Shown here: positions 41,551-51,234 of the stretch, one piece after another | How positions within the stretch are numbered: the stretch's first letter is position 1 | Layout of the letters: each line of letters starts with the position of its first letter | Assembly (NCBI GenBank): GCA_963727445.1 | Contig: CAVSGI010000012.1 | Span: 160,001-224,000 of the forward strand | DNA length: 64,000 nt | Direction of reading: 5' to 3' | From: an uncultured delta proteobacterium | GTDB taxonomy: Bacteria; Myxococcota_A; Polyangia; Polyangiales; B10-G4 | Position numbers and translations under genes: made by a program | The notes under the pieces: model-generated | What the model saw: only the letters and a program-made list of their open reading frames with translations | The model's database searches: none | Told to the model about the DNA's origin: nothing

Positions 41551-42489
41551 TCAGGCGCGGAGCCGCAGCACTCCGGGATGGATTTCGAGGGTGGCTGGCA
41601 GCCGACCCGGCGCTTCGCCATCGACGTCGAGGAGCACTTCGTCGTCGTCCACGCTCTCGGCCACGATCCGCCGGCCACGTCGATGCTCGACGAAGGGGAC
41701 CGACAGGACGGTGCCGTCGTACATGCGGTGCCCGTAGCGCGCCTGGTTGACGAGCGGCGTCGCCAGGATGGTGACGATGTCGAGGACACCGTCGTCGATT
41801 GCGGCCTCGGGGGCGATGTGCATGCCGCCGCCGAAGTAGCGCCCGTTGGCCACCGCGACGTTGGTCACGGCGTGAACCTCCGGTTCGGCGCCATCCACCG
41901 TCACACGAACCGTCTTCGCGCGATAGCGCGCCAGGGCGCGCACAGTCGCCAGGAGGAACGCCGGCGTCCCGCCGATCCACTTCGGTCCTTCGTTGGCGTA
42001 CTTGTCGACCAGGCCGGCCGCGCCGAAGCTCGCGATGTTGAGGAACGCCCTCCCGGTGGGCGTCCCCTCGTGGCTCACATACTTGATCCAACCGCAGTCG
42101 ATGGGACGCGGCTCGATCTCGAGCATGCGGCGGGCGCTACCCACCGGATCGTCGCGGATGCCCAGCGTGCGCGAGAAATCTCCGCCGGTGCCACAGGGGA
42201 GCAGCCCGAGCCACGCGTCGGTGTCGGCCGGCACGCCGTCCTCGTCGAAGAAGCCGCACGCCGCTTCGCTGAAGGTTCCGTCCCCTCCCATCACCGCGAT
42301 CCCGGCGGCGCCCTCGTTCAGGGCTTGCCGCACGATGCGCGTCGCGTCGCGGGGGCCGCGCGTCTGACGGACCTCGAACTCGCCACCGGCCTCGCGGAGC
42401 GCACTCTCGAGCGCCGGCAGCCGTGTCAGCGCGCGGCCCGCGGCGGCGCGGGGATTGACGACGAGCACGAAGGGGCGCGGTCCGCTCAC
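41551..42489 (-). CDS. Diacylglycerol kinase-family lipid kinase (YegS/BmrU-like)
   Basis: VVNPRAA, GGDGT, LPCGTGGDF, NGRYFGGGM, DVDGE. Confidence 0.92.
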   Translation of the reverse strand: MSGPRPFVLVVNPRAAAGRALTRLPALESALREAGGEFEVRQTRGPRDATRIVRQALNEGAAGIAVMGGDGTFSEAACGFFDEDGVPADTDAWLGLLPCGTGGDFSRTLGIRDDPVGSARRMLEIEPRPIDCGWIKYVSHEGTPTGRAFLNIASFGAAGLVDKYANEGPKWIGGTPAFLLATVRALARYRAKTVRVTVDGAEPEVHAVTNVAVANGRYFGGGMHIAPEAAIDDGVLDIVTILATPLVNQARYGHRMYDGTVLSVPFVEHRRGRRIVAESVDDDEVLLDVDGEAPGRLPATLEIHPGVLRLRA

Positions 42490-42574
42490 AGTCGCGCCAC
42501 TATAGTGCCTGGTCCACCAGGCGCATACATCCATACCTCGCCGTCGCCCGCGATTCGGGGTAGCTTCGCGAGCG

Positions 42575-43207
42575 TTGTCCAGGCAGCGAATACACTCCCT
42601 CACCGGGGTCTTGCCCCTGGGCGCCTACCTGGTGCTCCACCTCTTCGAGGCAACCTCCGCCGTCGAAGGACGCCAGGCGTTTGCCGAGGGGATGCGAGGC
42701 GTGGGCAGCGGGACGCTCACCCTCGTCGCCGAGGTGACCCTGGTGCTCGTTCCGCTCGTCGTACACGCCGGGCTGGGCATCTACCTCTGGGTGCGTCCTT
42801 CGGACGAACCGTCCCCCTACGCGACGCCGGCCATGCGTACGCTCCAGCGCGGCTCGGGCCTCGTCGTCCTGGTCTTCCTCGCTCTTCATCTCAGCCACAC
42901 CTTCGCGCTCGAGCTCGGCGGCGCAGAGGCGAGCCTGCTCTACGATCGACTCCGCGTGGACATGGGCACGCCGCTCTACCTGGGGGTCTACGTCATCGGT
43001 ACCGCGGCGGTGGCGCTCCACCTCGCGAACGGACTCCCCGCTGCCGCGCGTCGTTTCGGCGTCGTCAAGACGGAGGGCGCCGCGCGAGGCATGCGCATCG
43101 CCGCCGGAGCGCTGGCGTTCGTGCTCTTCGCCGCCACCGTCAACACCATGAGCCAGTTCGTGGTCGGCGATGCCTTCGTCGGCGGCGAGGTGGAGAACGA
43201 CCGATGA
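42575..43207 (+). CDS. Succinate dehydrogenase cytochrome b558 subunit-like protein
   Basis: RIHSLTGVLPLGAYLVLHL, LQRGSG...HL, HLANGL heme-ligand His pattern. Confidence 0.78.
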   Translation: MSRQRIHSLTGVLPLGAYLVLHLFEATSAVEGRQAFAEGMRGVGSGTLTLVAEVTLVLVPLVVHAGLGIYLWVRPSDEPSPYATPAMRTLQRGSGLVVLVFLALHLSHTFALELGGAEASLLYDRLRVDMGTPLYLGVYVIGTAAVALHLANGLPAAARRFGVVKTEGAARGMRIAAGALAFVLFAATVNTMSQFVVGDAFVGGEVENDR

Positions 43208-44131
43208 TCGCCAAGACCTGGGCCATCGCGATCAACACCTTCCGCGAGGCGGTGCGCGACAAGGTGCTCTACGGCGTCCTCGGCTTCGCCACGCTGGTGC
43301 TCCTCTTCACGCTGGCGCTCGCCGAGCTCTCGCTCTCGGAGCAGCGCCGCGTGGTGATGGACGTCGGCCTCGCTTCCATCTCGCTCTTCTCGGTGATCGT
43401 CGCCGTCTTCCTCGGCTCCTCCCTGCTCTACAAGGAGATCGAGAAGAAGACGCTCTACGTCATCCTGCCCAAGCCCATCCGGCGCTCCACGTTTCTGCTC
43501 GGCAAGTACCTGGGCATCACCCTCACCGGCGTCACCTTCATCGCCATCATGGGCGCGGTCCAGCTCTGGGTCGCCTCGATCCAGGCCGATGCCGACACCA
43601 CGCTCCTGGTCGTCACGCCCCTCGGGCTCGGCGCGGTCCTGGGCGTCGCCCTTCGGAAGCGCACACGATCGCACTTCGGTGCTGGTCCCCTGGTCGCTCC
43701 TCGCGGTCGTCGCCTGCGGGGCGGTCGCTTCCACGACCGACGTCGAGCTCTCGGTGGTGGCCTCCTCCCTCATCCTCTCGGTCGGGGAGGTGATGGTGCT
43801 GGCGGCCGTGGCGCTGCTCTTCTCCTCCTTCTCGACGCCGTTTCTCACCGGCGCCTTCACCTTCGGCTTCTGGCTGGTGGGCCGCTCCGCCGACGACATG
43901 GCCAACATGCGCGGGGACGTGCTCGGGCCGGAGGTCAAAGCGTCGCTGAGGTTGCTGGCCGAAGTGGTCCCCAACTTCAACCTCTTCGTCCCCGGGCGAA
44001 ACACGCTCCTCGACGCCAGCGACGGCGGCCCGTGGACGTACGTCGCGCAGGCGATGGGCTACGGGGTGCTCTACACCGTCGCGCTCCTGGTCCTCGCGTC
44101 GCTGATCTTCCAGAAGAGGGACTTTCTTTGA
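43204..44131 (+). CDS. ABC transporter permease (frameshift near 43655)
   Basis: IAINTFREAVRDK, KEIEKKTLYVILPKPIRR...LGKYLG; C-terminus ASLIFQKRDF in the 43589-44131 frame. Confidence 0.88.
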
Positions 44132-44784
44132 AGGTGGCGCGCGTCCTCCGCATCGCTTTCAAGACGCTCACCGTCGCTGGCGTGATCCTGGCCGTCATCG
44201 CCGTTCGCGTCGTCACCGCGAGCGAGGCCGAGCTGTCGCAGGCGAACGAGCTCCGCGGCCACGGCGAGATCGAGCGTGCCGTCCTCCACTACCGCCGCGC
44301 CGCCTCCTGGTACGCCCCGGGCAACCCCTTCGTGGTCGACGCCCTCGCGAGCCTCGAGCGCATCGGCAGCGAAGCGGAGGACGACGGCGACGCGGAGCGC
44401 GCGCTGCTCGCTTACCGCTCGATCCGCGGGGCGATCCTCACGTCTCGCAGCACCTACACCCCCCACGCCGACCGTCTGGCCCGCGCCAACGCCCGCATCG
44501 CGGCGCTCATGGCCGCCGAGGACCCACCGCCGATCGACGCCGGGAAGACGCAGGCCGAGCTGGAGGCCGAGCACCTCGCGCTCCTCGAGCAGACCAAGCG
44601 TCCGAACGTCCTTTGGAGCCTGGTCCTGGTGCTGGGCTTCGCGGTCTGGGTCGGCAGCGCCTTCGCCTTCGCCACCCGCGCCATCGACGAACGGGACCGG
44701 ATCGTCAGCGGCTCCGCCCGCCTGTGGGGCACCGGAATCATCGTGGGCTTCGGGCTCTTCTTTCTGGGAATGGCGCTGGCCTGA
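44128..44784 (+). CDS. Hypothetical membrane protein with a TPR-like segment
   Basis: N- and C-terminal TM helices; AVLHYRRAASWYAPG; coupled to the permease stop. Confidence 0.7.
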   Translation: MKVARVLRIAFKTLTVAGVILAVIAVRVVTASEAELSQANELRGHGEIERAVLHYRRAASWYAPGNPFVVDALASLERIGSEAEDDGDAERALLAYRSIRGAILTSRSTYTPHADRLARANARIAALMAAEDPPPIDAGKTQAELEAEHLALLEQTKRPNVLWSLVLVLGFAVWVGSAFAFATRAIDERDRIVSGSARLWGTGIIVGFGLFFLGMALA

Positions 44785-44837
44785 GCCGCGTCGCATCAGG
44801 CGCAGCGGTGGCGGCCAGGGCCACTGTTTGATACGAG

Positions 44838-46109
44838 GTGGCCGTGGACAGCATTCGCATCGTCGGAGGGAAGCCCCTCGAAGGCAATCTGAGGATCAGC
44901 GGCGCCAAGAACGCCGCTTTGCCCATTCTGTGCGCCTCGCTGGTCGCCGATGGTGACCACGCCTTCCGCAACGTCCCCGACCTCCGAGACATCCACACCA
45001 CCGCGATGCTCCTCAGGCACCTCGGAGCCGAGGTGGAGGTCACGCCGCCCACGGTGACGGTGAAGGTGGCGCCGGCGCCCGAGCCCGAAGCGCCCTACGA
45101 GCTCGTCAAGCAGATGCGCGCCTCGGTGCTGGTCCTCGGTCCTCTGGTCGCGCGCTACGGTCGGGCCCGCGTCTCCCTCCCCGGCGGATGCGCCATCGGC
45201 GCGCGTCCCATCGACCAGCACCTCAAGGGCCTCGAGGTCATGGGAGCGAGGGTCACCCTCGAGCACGGCTACGTGAACGTGGAGGTCCCTTCGGGTCGCC
45301 TGAAGGGCGGGGAGATCTACCTCGACATCCCCACCGTCACCGGTACCGAGAACCTGATGTCGGCCGCCGTGCTCGCCCGCGGGCGTACGACGATCGTCAA
45401 CGCGGCCCGCGAGCCCGAGGTCGAAGAGCTCGCGCGGGTGCTCAACAAGATGGGCGCCTCGGTCGAGGGCGCGGGCACGGACGTGATCGTCATCGAAGGC
45501 AAGGAAGCCCTCGAGCCGGTCGACCATTCGATCATCCCCGATCGCATCGAGGCAGGGACCTACATGGTCGCGGCGGCTGCGACGGGCGGCAACGTCTTCC
45601 TCGACGGCATCACCCTCGACCACCTCGAGGCGGTCGCGGCGAAGATGCGGCAGGCGGGCGTGGTCGTCGAGCGCGAGGCGTCCGGCGTTCGGGTCGCAGG
45701 CAAGCCACCCTTCGAGCCCACCGACGCCACCACCGCCCCGCACCCCGGCTTCCCCACCGACATGCAGGCGCAGTTCATGGTGTTGATGTGCCTGTCGAGT
45801 GGTCGCTCGGTGATCACCGAGACCATCTTCGAAAACCGCTTCATGCACGTGCCCGAGCTCAACCGCATGGGCGCGAGCATCGAGGTGCGCGGGCGTTCGG
45901 CGACGGTGAAGGGCGTCGAGTATCTCTCGGGTGCCGAGGTGATGGCCACCGATCTGCGCGCCAGCGCCTCGCTCGTCGTCGCCGGTCTCGTCGCGCGGGG
46001 CACCACCGAGGTGCGCCGTGTCTATCACATCGATCGCGGCTACGAGCACATCGAGGAGAAGCTCGCGGGCCTCGGCGCCACCATCGAGCGGGTCGCAGGC
46101 AATGCCTGA
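44838..46109 (+). CDS. murA: UDP-N-acetylglucosamine 1-carboxyvinyltransferase
   Basis: [51 protein letters not shown]. Confidence 0.98.
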   Translation: MAVDSIRIVGGKPLEGNLRISGAKNAALPILCASLVADGDHAFRNVPDLRDIHTTAMLLRHLGAEVEVTPPTVTVKVAPAPEPEAPYELVKQMRASVLVLGPLVARYGRARVSLPGGCAIGARPIDQHLKGLEVMGARVTLEHGYVNVEVPSGRLKGGEIYLDIPTVTGTENLMSAAVLARGRTTIVNAAREPEVEELARVLNKMGASVEGAGTDVIVIEGKEALEPVDHSIIPDRIEAGTYMVAAAATGGNVFLDGITLDHLEAVAAKMRQAGVVVEREASGVRVAGKPPFEPTDATTAPHPGFPTDMQAQFMVLMCLSSGRSVITETIFENRFMHVPELNRMGASIEVRGRSATVKGVEYLSGAEVMATDLRASASLVVAGLVARGTTEVRRVYHIDRGYEHIEEKLAGLGATIERVAGNA

Positions 46110-46770
46110 CGCCGCGCCGCGGCCCCTGGTCTTCGCCGTGCCCAAGGGACGCATCCTCCGCTCCCTCGGCCCCCTCCTCGCGCGCGCCGGGATCGACCCC
46201 GCGCCCCTGACCGCGGACGACCGTCGCCTGATCCGCGAGGAGCCGAAGAGCGGGATCCACTTTCTCCTGCTCAAGCCCGACGACGTGCCGACCTACGTCG
46301 AGTATGGCGCCGCCGACATCGGCATCGTGGGGCGCGACGTCCTCCTCGAGCGCGAGTACGACGTGTACTCCCCGGTCGACCTCGGCATCGGCCGCTGTCG
46401 CATGGCGGTGGCGGGCAGGGCGGAGGATCCGCCCGACCTCGACGCCACCCGCGGGGGCGAGCCGCTCCGGGTCGCCACCAAGTTCCCGACCATCGCGCGC
46501 CAGCACTTCGCGCGCCGGGGCCAGCAGATCGAGAGCATCTTCGTACAGGGCTCGGTGGAGCTCGCGCCGCTGACGGGTCTCTCCGACGTGATCGTGGACC
46601 TCGTGGAAACGGGTGAGACGCTCCGGCAGAATGGCCTCGTGGAGATCGAAACGATCTGCGAGGTTTCGAGCGTCGTCGTGGCCAACCGGGTCGGCCTCAA
46701 GCTCGAGGCTTCGCGCCTGAGCCCCCTCCTGGCCGCGATCGAGCGCGCGGCCGCCGAGCCGGACGCATGA
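46102..46770 (+). CDS. hisG: ATP phosphoribosyltransferase (short form)
   Basis: [35 protein letters not shown]...[11 protein letters not shown]. Confidence 0.96.
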   Translation: MPDAAPRPLVFAVPKGRILRSLGPLLARAGIDPAPLTADDRRLIREEPKSGIHFLLLKPDDVPTYVEYGAADIGIVGRDVLLEREYDVYSPVDLGIGRCRMAVAGRAEDPPDLDATRGGEPLRVATKFPTIARQHFARRGQQIESIFVQGSVELAPLTGLSDVIVDLVETGETLRQNGLVEIETICEVSSVVVANRVGLKLEASRLSPLLAAIERAAAEPDA

Positions 46771-47597
46771 CGCGCCTCACGCTCGCCTTTTCGCTCTTCG
46801 CGATCGCGTCGGGCTGCGGCCCGAACGCCAAGCTGGTCGCCGCCGACGAGACCCTCATGGCCACCATGGCCGCGGTCGACGAGTCGGACGAGGTGGTGCG
46901 CCACGCCGAGGCCGATGGCCCGGACGAAAAGACGGAGCAGGCCCGCCACGCCTGGGAGCGCGCCAACGCACGTATGGACGAGGCCCAGTCCATCGTGCGG
47001 ACCTGGCGTGAGACCGGCGCGGGCGAGCTGGCCTGGGTCACCCTCTCGCCGTGTCTCGCGGCGTCTCTGATCGGCCTCCGCCTCACCCTCGAACACGCGG
47101 GCTTGTCCATCCCGGAGGAGCTGCCGCAGGCGGAGGCGATGGCCGCCGATCCCGCAGGGGACGAATGTCGCAGTGAGCCGCGACCCGAGCTCGCGGAGAC
47201 GGAGACGGACGCGGACGCGGAGACGGAACGCGGACTCGGAGACGGAGACGGAGACGGAGACGGAGACGGAGACGGAGACGGACGCGGAGACGGACTCAAC
47301 CGAGGGCTCCGGCGGTCTCACCCCCGCCCAGTGAGGCCTCAGATCTCCCGGCGCATCTTGATCTCGATGTCGTGGAAGCCGAGGGCCTGGTGGGCGGCGC
47401 GCGCGCCCGTGTTTCCCGCCCAGGTGGTGGATTCGAGGACGACGCAGCCGCGCTTTCGAAAGGCGTCCACCAAAGCGTCGAAGAGGGCCTTGCCCACGCC
47501 TCGCCCGCGCGCGGGGGGCTCGACGTACCAGTCCTCGACCACGCCCTTCCTATCGAGGACCCGTCGCGGATCCTCCTCGACGTGGCCGGTGATGTAG
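46767..47597 (+). CDS. Hypothetical lipoprotein (true end probably near 47176-47300; the ORF runs through a microsatellite into the GNAT gene)
   Basis: Lipobox ASGC, coupled to the hisG stop; the 3' part is low-complexity and antisense to the next gene. Confidence 0.5.
   Translation: MTRLTLAFSLFAIASGCGPNAKLVAADETLMATMAAVDESDEVVRHAEADGPDEKTEQARHAWERANARMDEAQSIVRTWRETGAGELAWVTLSPCLAASLIGLRLTLEHAGLSIPEELPQAEAMAADPAGDECRSEPRPELAETETDADAETERGLGDGDGDGDGDGDGDGRGDGLNRGLRRSHPRPVRPQISRRILISMSWKPRAWWAARAPVFPAQVVDSRTTQPRFRKASTKASKRALPTPRPRAGGSTYQSSTTPFLSRTRRGSSSTWPVM
47194..47297. repeat. Hexamer microsatellite (GGAGAC)n
   Basis: Seven perfect copies at 47238-47279 with degenerate flanking copies. Confidence 0.95.
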
Positions 47598-47821
47598 CCG
47601 ACGGGCGTCGCCGCCTCTTCGGCCACGAAGCCCATGGCGCGCGGTGAGGCGAGGATGGCGTCCACGTCCTCTCGGAGCGCTCGGCCGAGGTCTCGATAGG
47701 CGTAGAGAGGCTCGAGCTCCGGGGCGAGGATCTCCTTTCGGTAGTCGACGTAGAGCGCGTGATGAAAGACGACCATCAAGTCGCGGTCTTCGCGTCTGAT
47801 CGGTCGGATGTCGAGGGTCAC
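47339..47821 (-). CDS. GNAT acetyltransferase
   Basis: YVEPPARGRGVGKALF, NTGARAAHQALGF. Confidence 0.88.
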   Translation of the reverse strand: MTLDIRPIRREDRDLMVVFHHALYVDYRKEILAPELEPLYAYRDLGRALREDVDAILASPRAMGFVAEEAATPVGYITGHVEEDPRRVLDRKGVVEDWYVEPPARGRGVGKALFDALVDAFRKRGCVVLESTTWAGNTGARAAHQALGFHDIEIKMRREI

Positions 47822-47888
47822 GCGCGCAGGATAGAGCAGCGGGCGGCCGAGCGCTCGCTCGAACGCCCGGCCGCCCCAGTCCGCCGCG

Positions 47889-48293
47889 CTATTGCGCCGG
47901 TTGCGCGCTGCCCGCGCCTGCGAGGGTCGTCGGTCCCCGCACCGCGAGCATCGAGCGCAAGCGCCGAAACGTCGCGCGCCCGATGCCGCGCACGCGCAAC
48001 AGATCCTCGATGCGCGAGAAGTGCCTCCCGCGCTCGCGATAGGCGATGATCGCCGCCGCCTTCGAGGGCCCGATGCCCGGCAGCCGCGAGAGCTCGACCT
48101 CGCTCGCGGTGTTGATGTTCACCACGCCTGCCGGCGTGGCGTCGGCGGCGGGCGTTCGGACGACCATCGACGGTCGCGCCCGACGTTGCGCCTCGGCCAC
48201 GCCGCCGATGCCCGCCACCGCCGTCCCGGCGAGGCCGCTCGCGAGGCTCGCCACGATGATGGCGCGCATGAGGATGTTCTTCGTTCGATTCAA
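47889..48293 (-). CDS. comEA: ComEA-family helix-hairpin-helix DNA-binding protein
   Basis: VVNINTASEVELSRLPGIGPSKAAAIIAYRE...EDLLRVRGIG; signal peptide. Confidence 0.92.
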   Translation of the reverse strand: MNRTKNILMRAIIVASLASGLAGTAVAGIGGVAEAQRRARPSMVVRTPAADATPAGVVNINTASEVELSRLPGIGPSKAAAIIAYRERGRHFSRIEDLLRVRGIGRATFRRLRSMLAVRGPTTLAGAGSAQPAQ

Positions 48294-48364
48294 GATGCAC
48301 CTGTCCTTTCCTGCGCGCCTTTGCGCGCGAAGTGTTGGCCGCACGCGAGGTGCGCCGGCCGTGA

Positions 48365-48610
48365 TCAACTCGCCAGCGCCACCGCGAGGTCGTCGGCCTC
48401 CGCGCCTCCATCGCGAGACGACCGCTCCTCGAAGGGCTGGTAGTCTCGGATCTGGAGCTGCCCGTTGACCGGCGTGGCGTCGAGGTGGACGTTCAGGCTC
48501 CCATCCCGGTTGGGGAAGGCCGCCCCGATACGGAGCCAGAACTTCTTGCCGTCCCGGCGCCGCTCCACGATCGTGTACACAACTTTGTAGTTCTTCTTCG
48601 GCTGCTCCAT
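48365..48610 (-). CDS. Small basic beta-rich protein, putative ssDNA-binding
   Basis: [43 protein letters not shown]; acidic tail. Confidence 0.75.
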   Translation of the reverse strand: MEQPKKNYKVVYTIVERRRDGKKFWLRIGAAFPNRDGSLNVHLDATPVNGQLQIRDYQPFEERSSRDGGAEADDLAVALAS

Positions 48611-48746
48611 CTCGTCCTCCTGGGTCGTTCGTGCCCGCCGCGATGGGCGGGTGCCCCAGGCCCTACGCAGCGACCGTGCCGGGAACCGGGCACGTGATCT
48701 CGGGCACTTGCGGAGGAAAAGTGGCGGAGGGGTGGCGGTCCGCCGG

Positions 48747-48899
48747 CGGGCCGCCGCTACACGGGATGCTGGGAGGCCGGGGACGCAGTCCTGGCTCGGG
48801 CCCCTCCTCCGCTGCGCTCCGCCTACGGGCGGCTGATGCCGCCCTTCGGGCGCCGCTTCGCTCCGGAGGGGCCCGAGCCTTGTGTGTAGCGGCGGCCCG
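48747..48899 (+). other. Nested inverted-repeat structured element (candidate ncRNA or REP/MITE-like unit)
   Basis: Perfect 16-bp stem 48747-62/48884-99, perfect 15-bp stem 48793-807/48865-79, inner hairpins CCGCC-TACG-GGCGG and GCCC-TTCG-GGC. Confidence 0.7.
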
Positions 48900-48992
48900 T
48901 TGGGCCGCGCGTGGCCGCCATGCTTGTCGCCATGTCCCCAAAATGGCACTCTGCGCTCCCCGCGTGTTGGGGGGAGAAAGTCCCGTAAGAAC

Positions 48993-50468
48993 ATGAAGAT
49001 CACGCTCTCGAAGGACTCTGCGACGACGACGAAGGCGCACATCGTGGCCGTCGGAGTTCGCGAAAAGGAGCTCTCCAAGAACGCGACGGTGAAGAGCCTC
49101 GATTCCGCCATGAAGGGTGCGCTCAGCGCGCACGCCAAGGACGAGGGCTACGTCGGCAAGCTGAACGAGATTCTCAAGGTTCCCGGCACGAACATCGGCG
49201 CACGCTGGGTGGTTCTCGTCGGTCTCGGCGCGCGCAAGGCGAGCTCCGCCGATGCGCTTCGCGTGGCTGTCCACGCTGCCCGCTGTGCCAAGAAGCAGGC
49301 CTCTGTGGCCGTCGTGCTTCCGAAAAGTGACGAAGCGTCAGTTCGCGCGGCGGCGCAGGGCCTCCTCGGAGGCGCCTATCGTTACGATCGCTACCTCACG
49401 GGCACGCGCCGTCCCGAGGGCGAGATCAAGTCTGCCTACATTTTGGGCGCCAAGGTGGACGCGGCCGGTCGGGCTGCGGTGCGCGACGGAATGATCGTCG
49501 GCGACTCCGTGAACTTCGCGCGCGACCTCGTCAATGCCCCCCCCAACGACCTCACCCCGGAGGCCCTCGCCGACGCCGCCGCCGCCAAGGCGAAGGGAAC
49601 CGGGATCCGCACCACGATCTGGAACAAGGCCAAGATCGAAAAGGCGGGGATGCGTCTCTTCCTCGCCGTCAACGCGGGCGGCGGCAACGAGCCGCGCTTC
49701 ATCCACATGGTCTACAAGCCCAAGGGCAGGGCCAAGGCGAAGGTCGCCTTCGTGGGCAAGGGCCTCACCTTCGATTCCGGCGGTCTGTGCATCAAGCCCG
49801 CAAAGGCGATGTATGGCATGAAGTGCGACATGGCCGGCTCGGCAACCACCTTCGGCGTGGTCCTCGCCGCGGCGCAGCTCAAGCTTCCGGTCGAGGTACA
49901 CGCGCTCGTGGGCTCCACCGAGAACATGAGCGGTGATTTCGCCTATCGTCCCGGCGACGTCTTCGAGTCCCTCGACGGCAAGATGGTCGAGATCATCAAC
50001 ACCGACGCCGAGGGCCGCCTGGTCCTGGCCGATGTGCTCGCCTACGCGCGGGACAAGGTGAAGCCGGACTACATGATCGACCACGCCACCCTCACCGGCG
50101 CCTGCATGGTGGCGCTCGGCAAGTGGCGCGCCGGGATGTACGCGAGCGACCCCAAGTTCGGCAAGGCCTACGCCGATGCCGCCGAGCGCGCCGCCGAGAG
50201 CTTCTGGGAGCTCCCCCTCGACGACGATCTGGTCAAGACCCTCAAGAGCGACATCGCCGATCTCAAGCACACGGGCGATGGGCACGGCGGCTCCATCACC
50301 GCCGCGCTCTTTCTCCGCGAGTTCGTCGGGGACACCAAGTGGGTGCACTGCGACATCGCGGGGCCAGCCTTCCTCGACCAGAGCCACGACCTCGCTCCGG
50401 TGGGCGGGACGGGCTTCGGGGTGGCGACCGGCGTCGAGTTCCTCAGGGGCCTCGCCGAAAAGAAGTGA
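48993..50468 (+). CDS. pepA: Leucyl aminopeptidase (M17)
   Basis: [32 protein letters not shown]. Confidence 0.96.
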   Translation: MKITLSKDSATTTKAHIVAVGVREKELSKNATVKSLDSAMKGALSAHAKDEGYVGKLNEILKVPGTNIGARWVVLVGLGARKASSADALRVAVHAARCAKKQASVAVVLPKSDEASVRAAAQGLLGGAYRYDRYLTGTRRPEGEIKSAYILGAKVDAAGRAAVRDGMIVGDSVNFARDLVNAPPNDLTPEALADAAAAKAKGTGIRTTIWNKAKIEKAGMRLFLAVNAGGGNEPRFIHMVYKPKGRAKAKVAFVGKGLTFDSGGLCIKPAKAMYGMKCDMAGSATTFGVVLAAAQLKLPVEVHALVGSTENMSGDFAYRPGDVFESLDGKMVEIINTDAEGRLVLADVLAYARDKVKPDYMIDHATLTGACMVALGKWRAGMYASDPKFGKAYADAAERAAESFWELPLDDDLVKTLKSDIADLKHTGDGHGGSITAALFLREFVGDTKWVHCDIAGPAFLDQSHDLAPVGGTGFGVATGVEFLRGLAEKK

Positions 50469-50475
50469 GCGCCGG

Positions 50476-51234
50476 GTGAGCCGCCGACGCGATTCGAAGA
50501 TCGCGCTCGGGCTCGGGCTCACCCTCATCCTCGCCCCCACGACCCTGGCGTCTGCGCATCTCGGTCACGAGGTGCAGACGGCCGAGCGCTATCTGAAGCT
50601 CGACGTCGCGGACGATCACGCACGCGTGGTCGTCTCGTTGATGCTCGGTCCAGCGGAGGCCGCGCGGGTGCTCGCCGTCGCGGATCGCGACGCTGGCAAC
50701 GGCGACGGCACCCTCACCGAGGCCGAGGCCGATGCCTACATGGCCGGGTGGGGCGAGGGCCTCGCCACCGAGCTGCCCATCGAGGTCGACGGCCAGCCGG
50801 TCGCCGTGACCTGGGGCGAGCCCTACCTCGACCCCACGGGCCCCATCGCCGCCCGTCCAGCCACCGTCGAGATGGTCGCCCGCTTTCCGCTCGGCGCCGG
50901 CACCCATCGCATCACCTTCCGCGACCACATGCAGCGCGACAGTTACGACCGCACGGACGTGGCCTTTCGCGTCCGCGACGCCGCGGAGCTCTTGGCGAGC
51001 GGGGCCGAAGAGGCCCCCGAAGACCGCGTCCCCACCCTCGCGTTCGCGGGGAGTCGAGGCCCCGAGGTCTTCACCGCTCGGGTTCGGGTGCGGGGGCCAC
51101 GGGAGGACGGCGCATCAAGCGGCTCCTCCGAAAACGAAGAAGGCGCCGAGCCGTGGCTTTGGCTCGGCGCCCTCGCGGTCCTGGGTGTGCTCGGCATCGC
51201 CGCCCTCGTGGGGCGATACCGGCGCGCTCGCTAG
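50476..51234 (+). CDS. Secreted/anchored hypothetical protein with N-terminal His motif
   Basis: Signal peptide ending ASA-HLGHE; EF-hand-like DAGNGDGTL; C-terminal TM plus basic tail. Confidence 0.65.
   Translation: MSRRRDSKIALGLGLTLILAPTTLASAHLGHEVQTAERYLKLDVADDHARVVVSLMLGPAEAARVLAVADRDAGNGDGTLTEAEADAYMAGWGEGLATELPIEVDGQPVAVTWGEPYLDPTGPIAARPATVEMVARFPLGAGTHRITFRDHMQRDSYDRTDVAFRVRDAAELLASGAEEAPEDRVPTLAFAGSRGPEVFTARVRVRGPREDGASSGSSENEEGAEPWLWLGALAVLGVLGIAALVGRYRRAR

Noticed and set aside
41578..44784. 1068-aa ORF as a single protein
   Set aside because: A chimera of antisense lipid-kinase sequence, the permease N-half and the downstream membrane protein sharing one open frame.
48747..48899. 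6S RNA or tRNA
   Set aside because: No tRNA T-loop or anticodon pattern; the bubble is one-sided and the gene context is not typical of ssrS. A covariance search is still needed.
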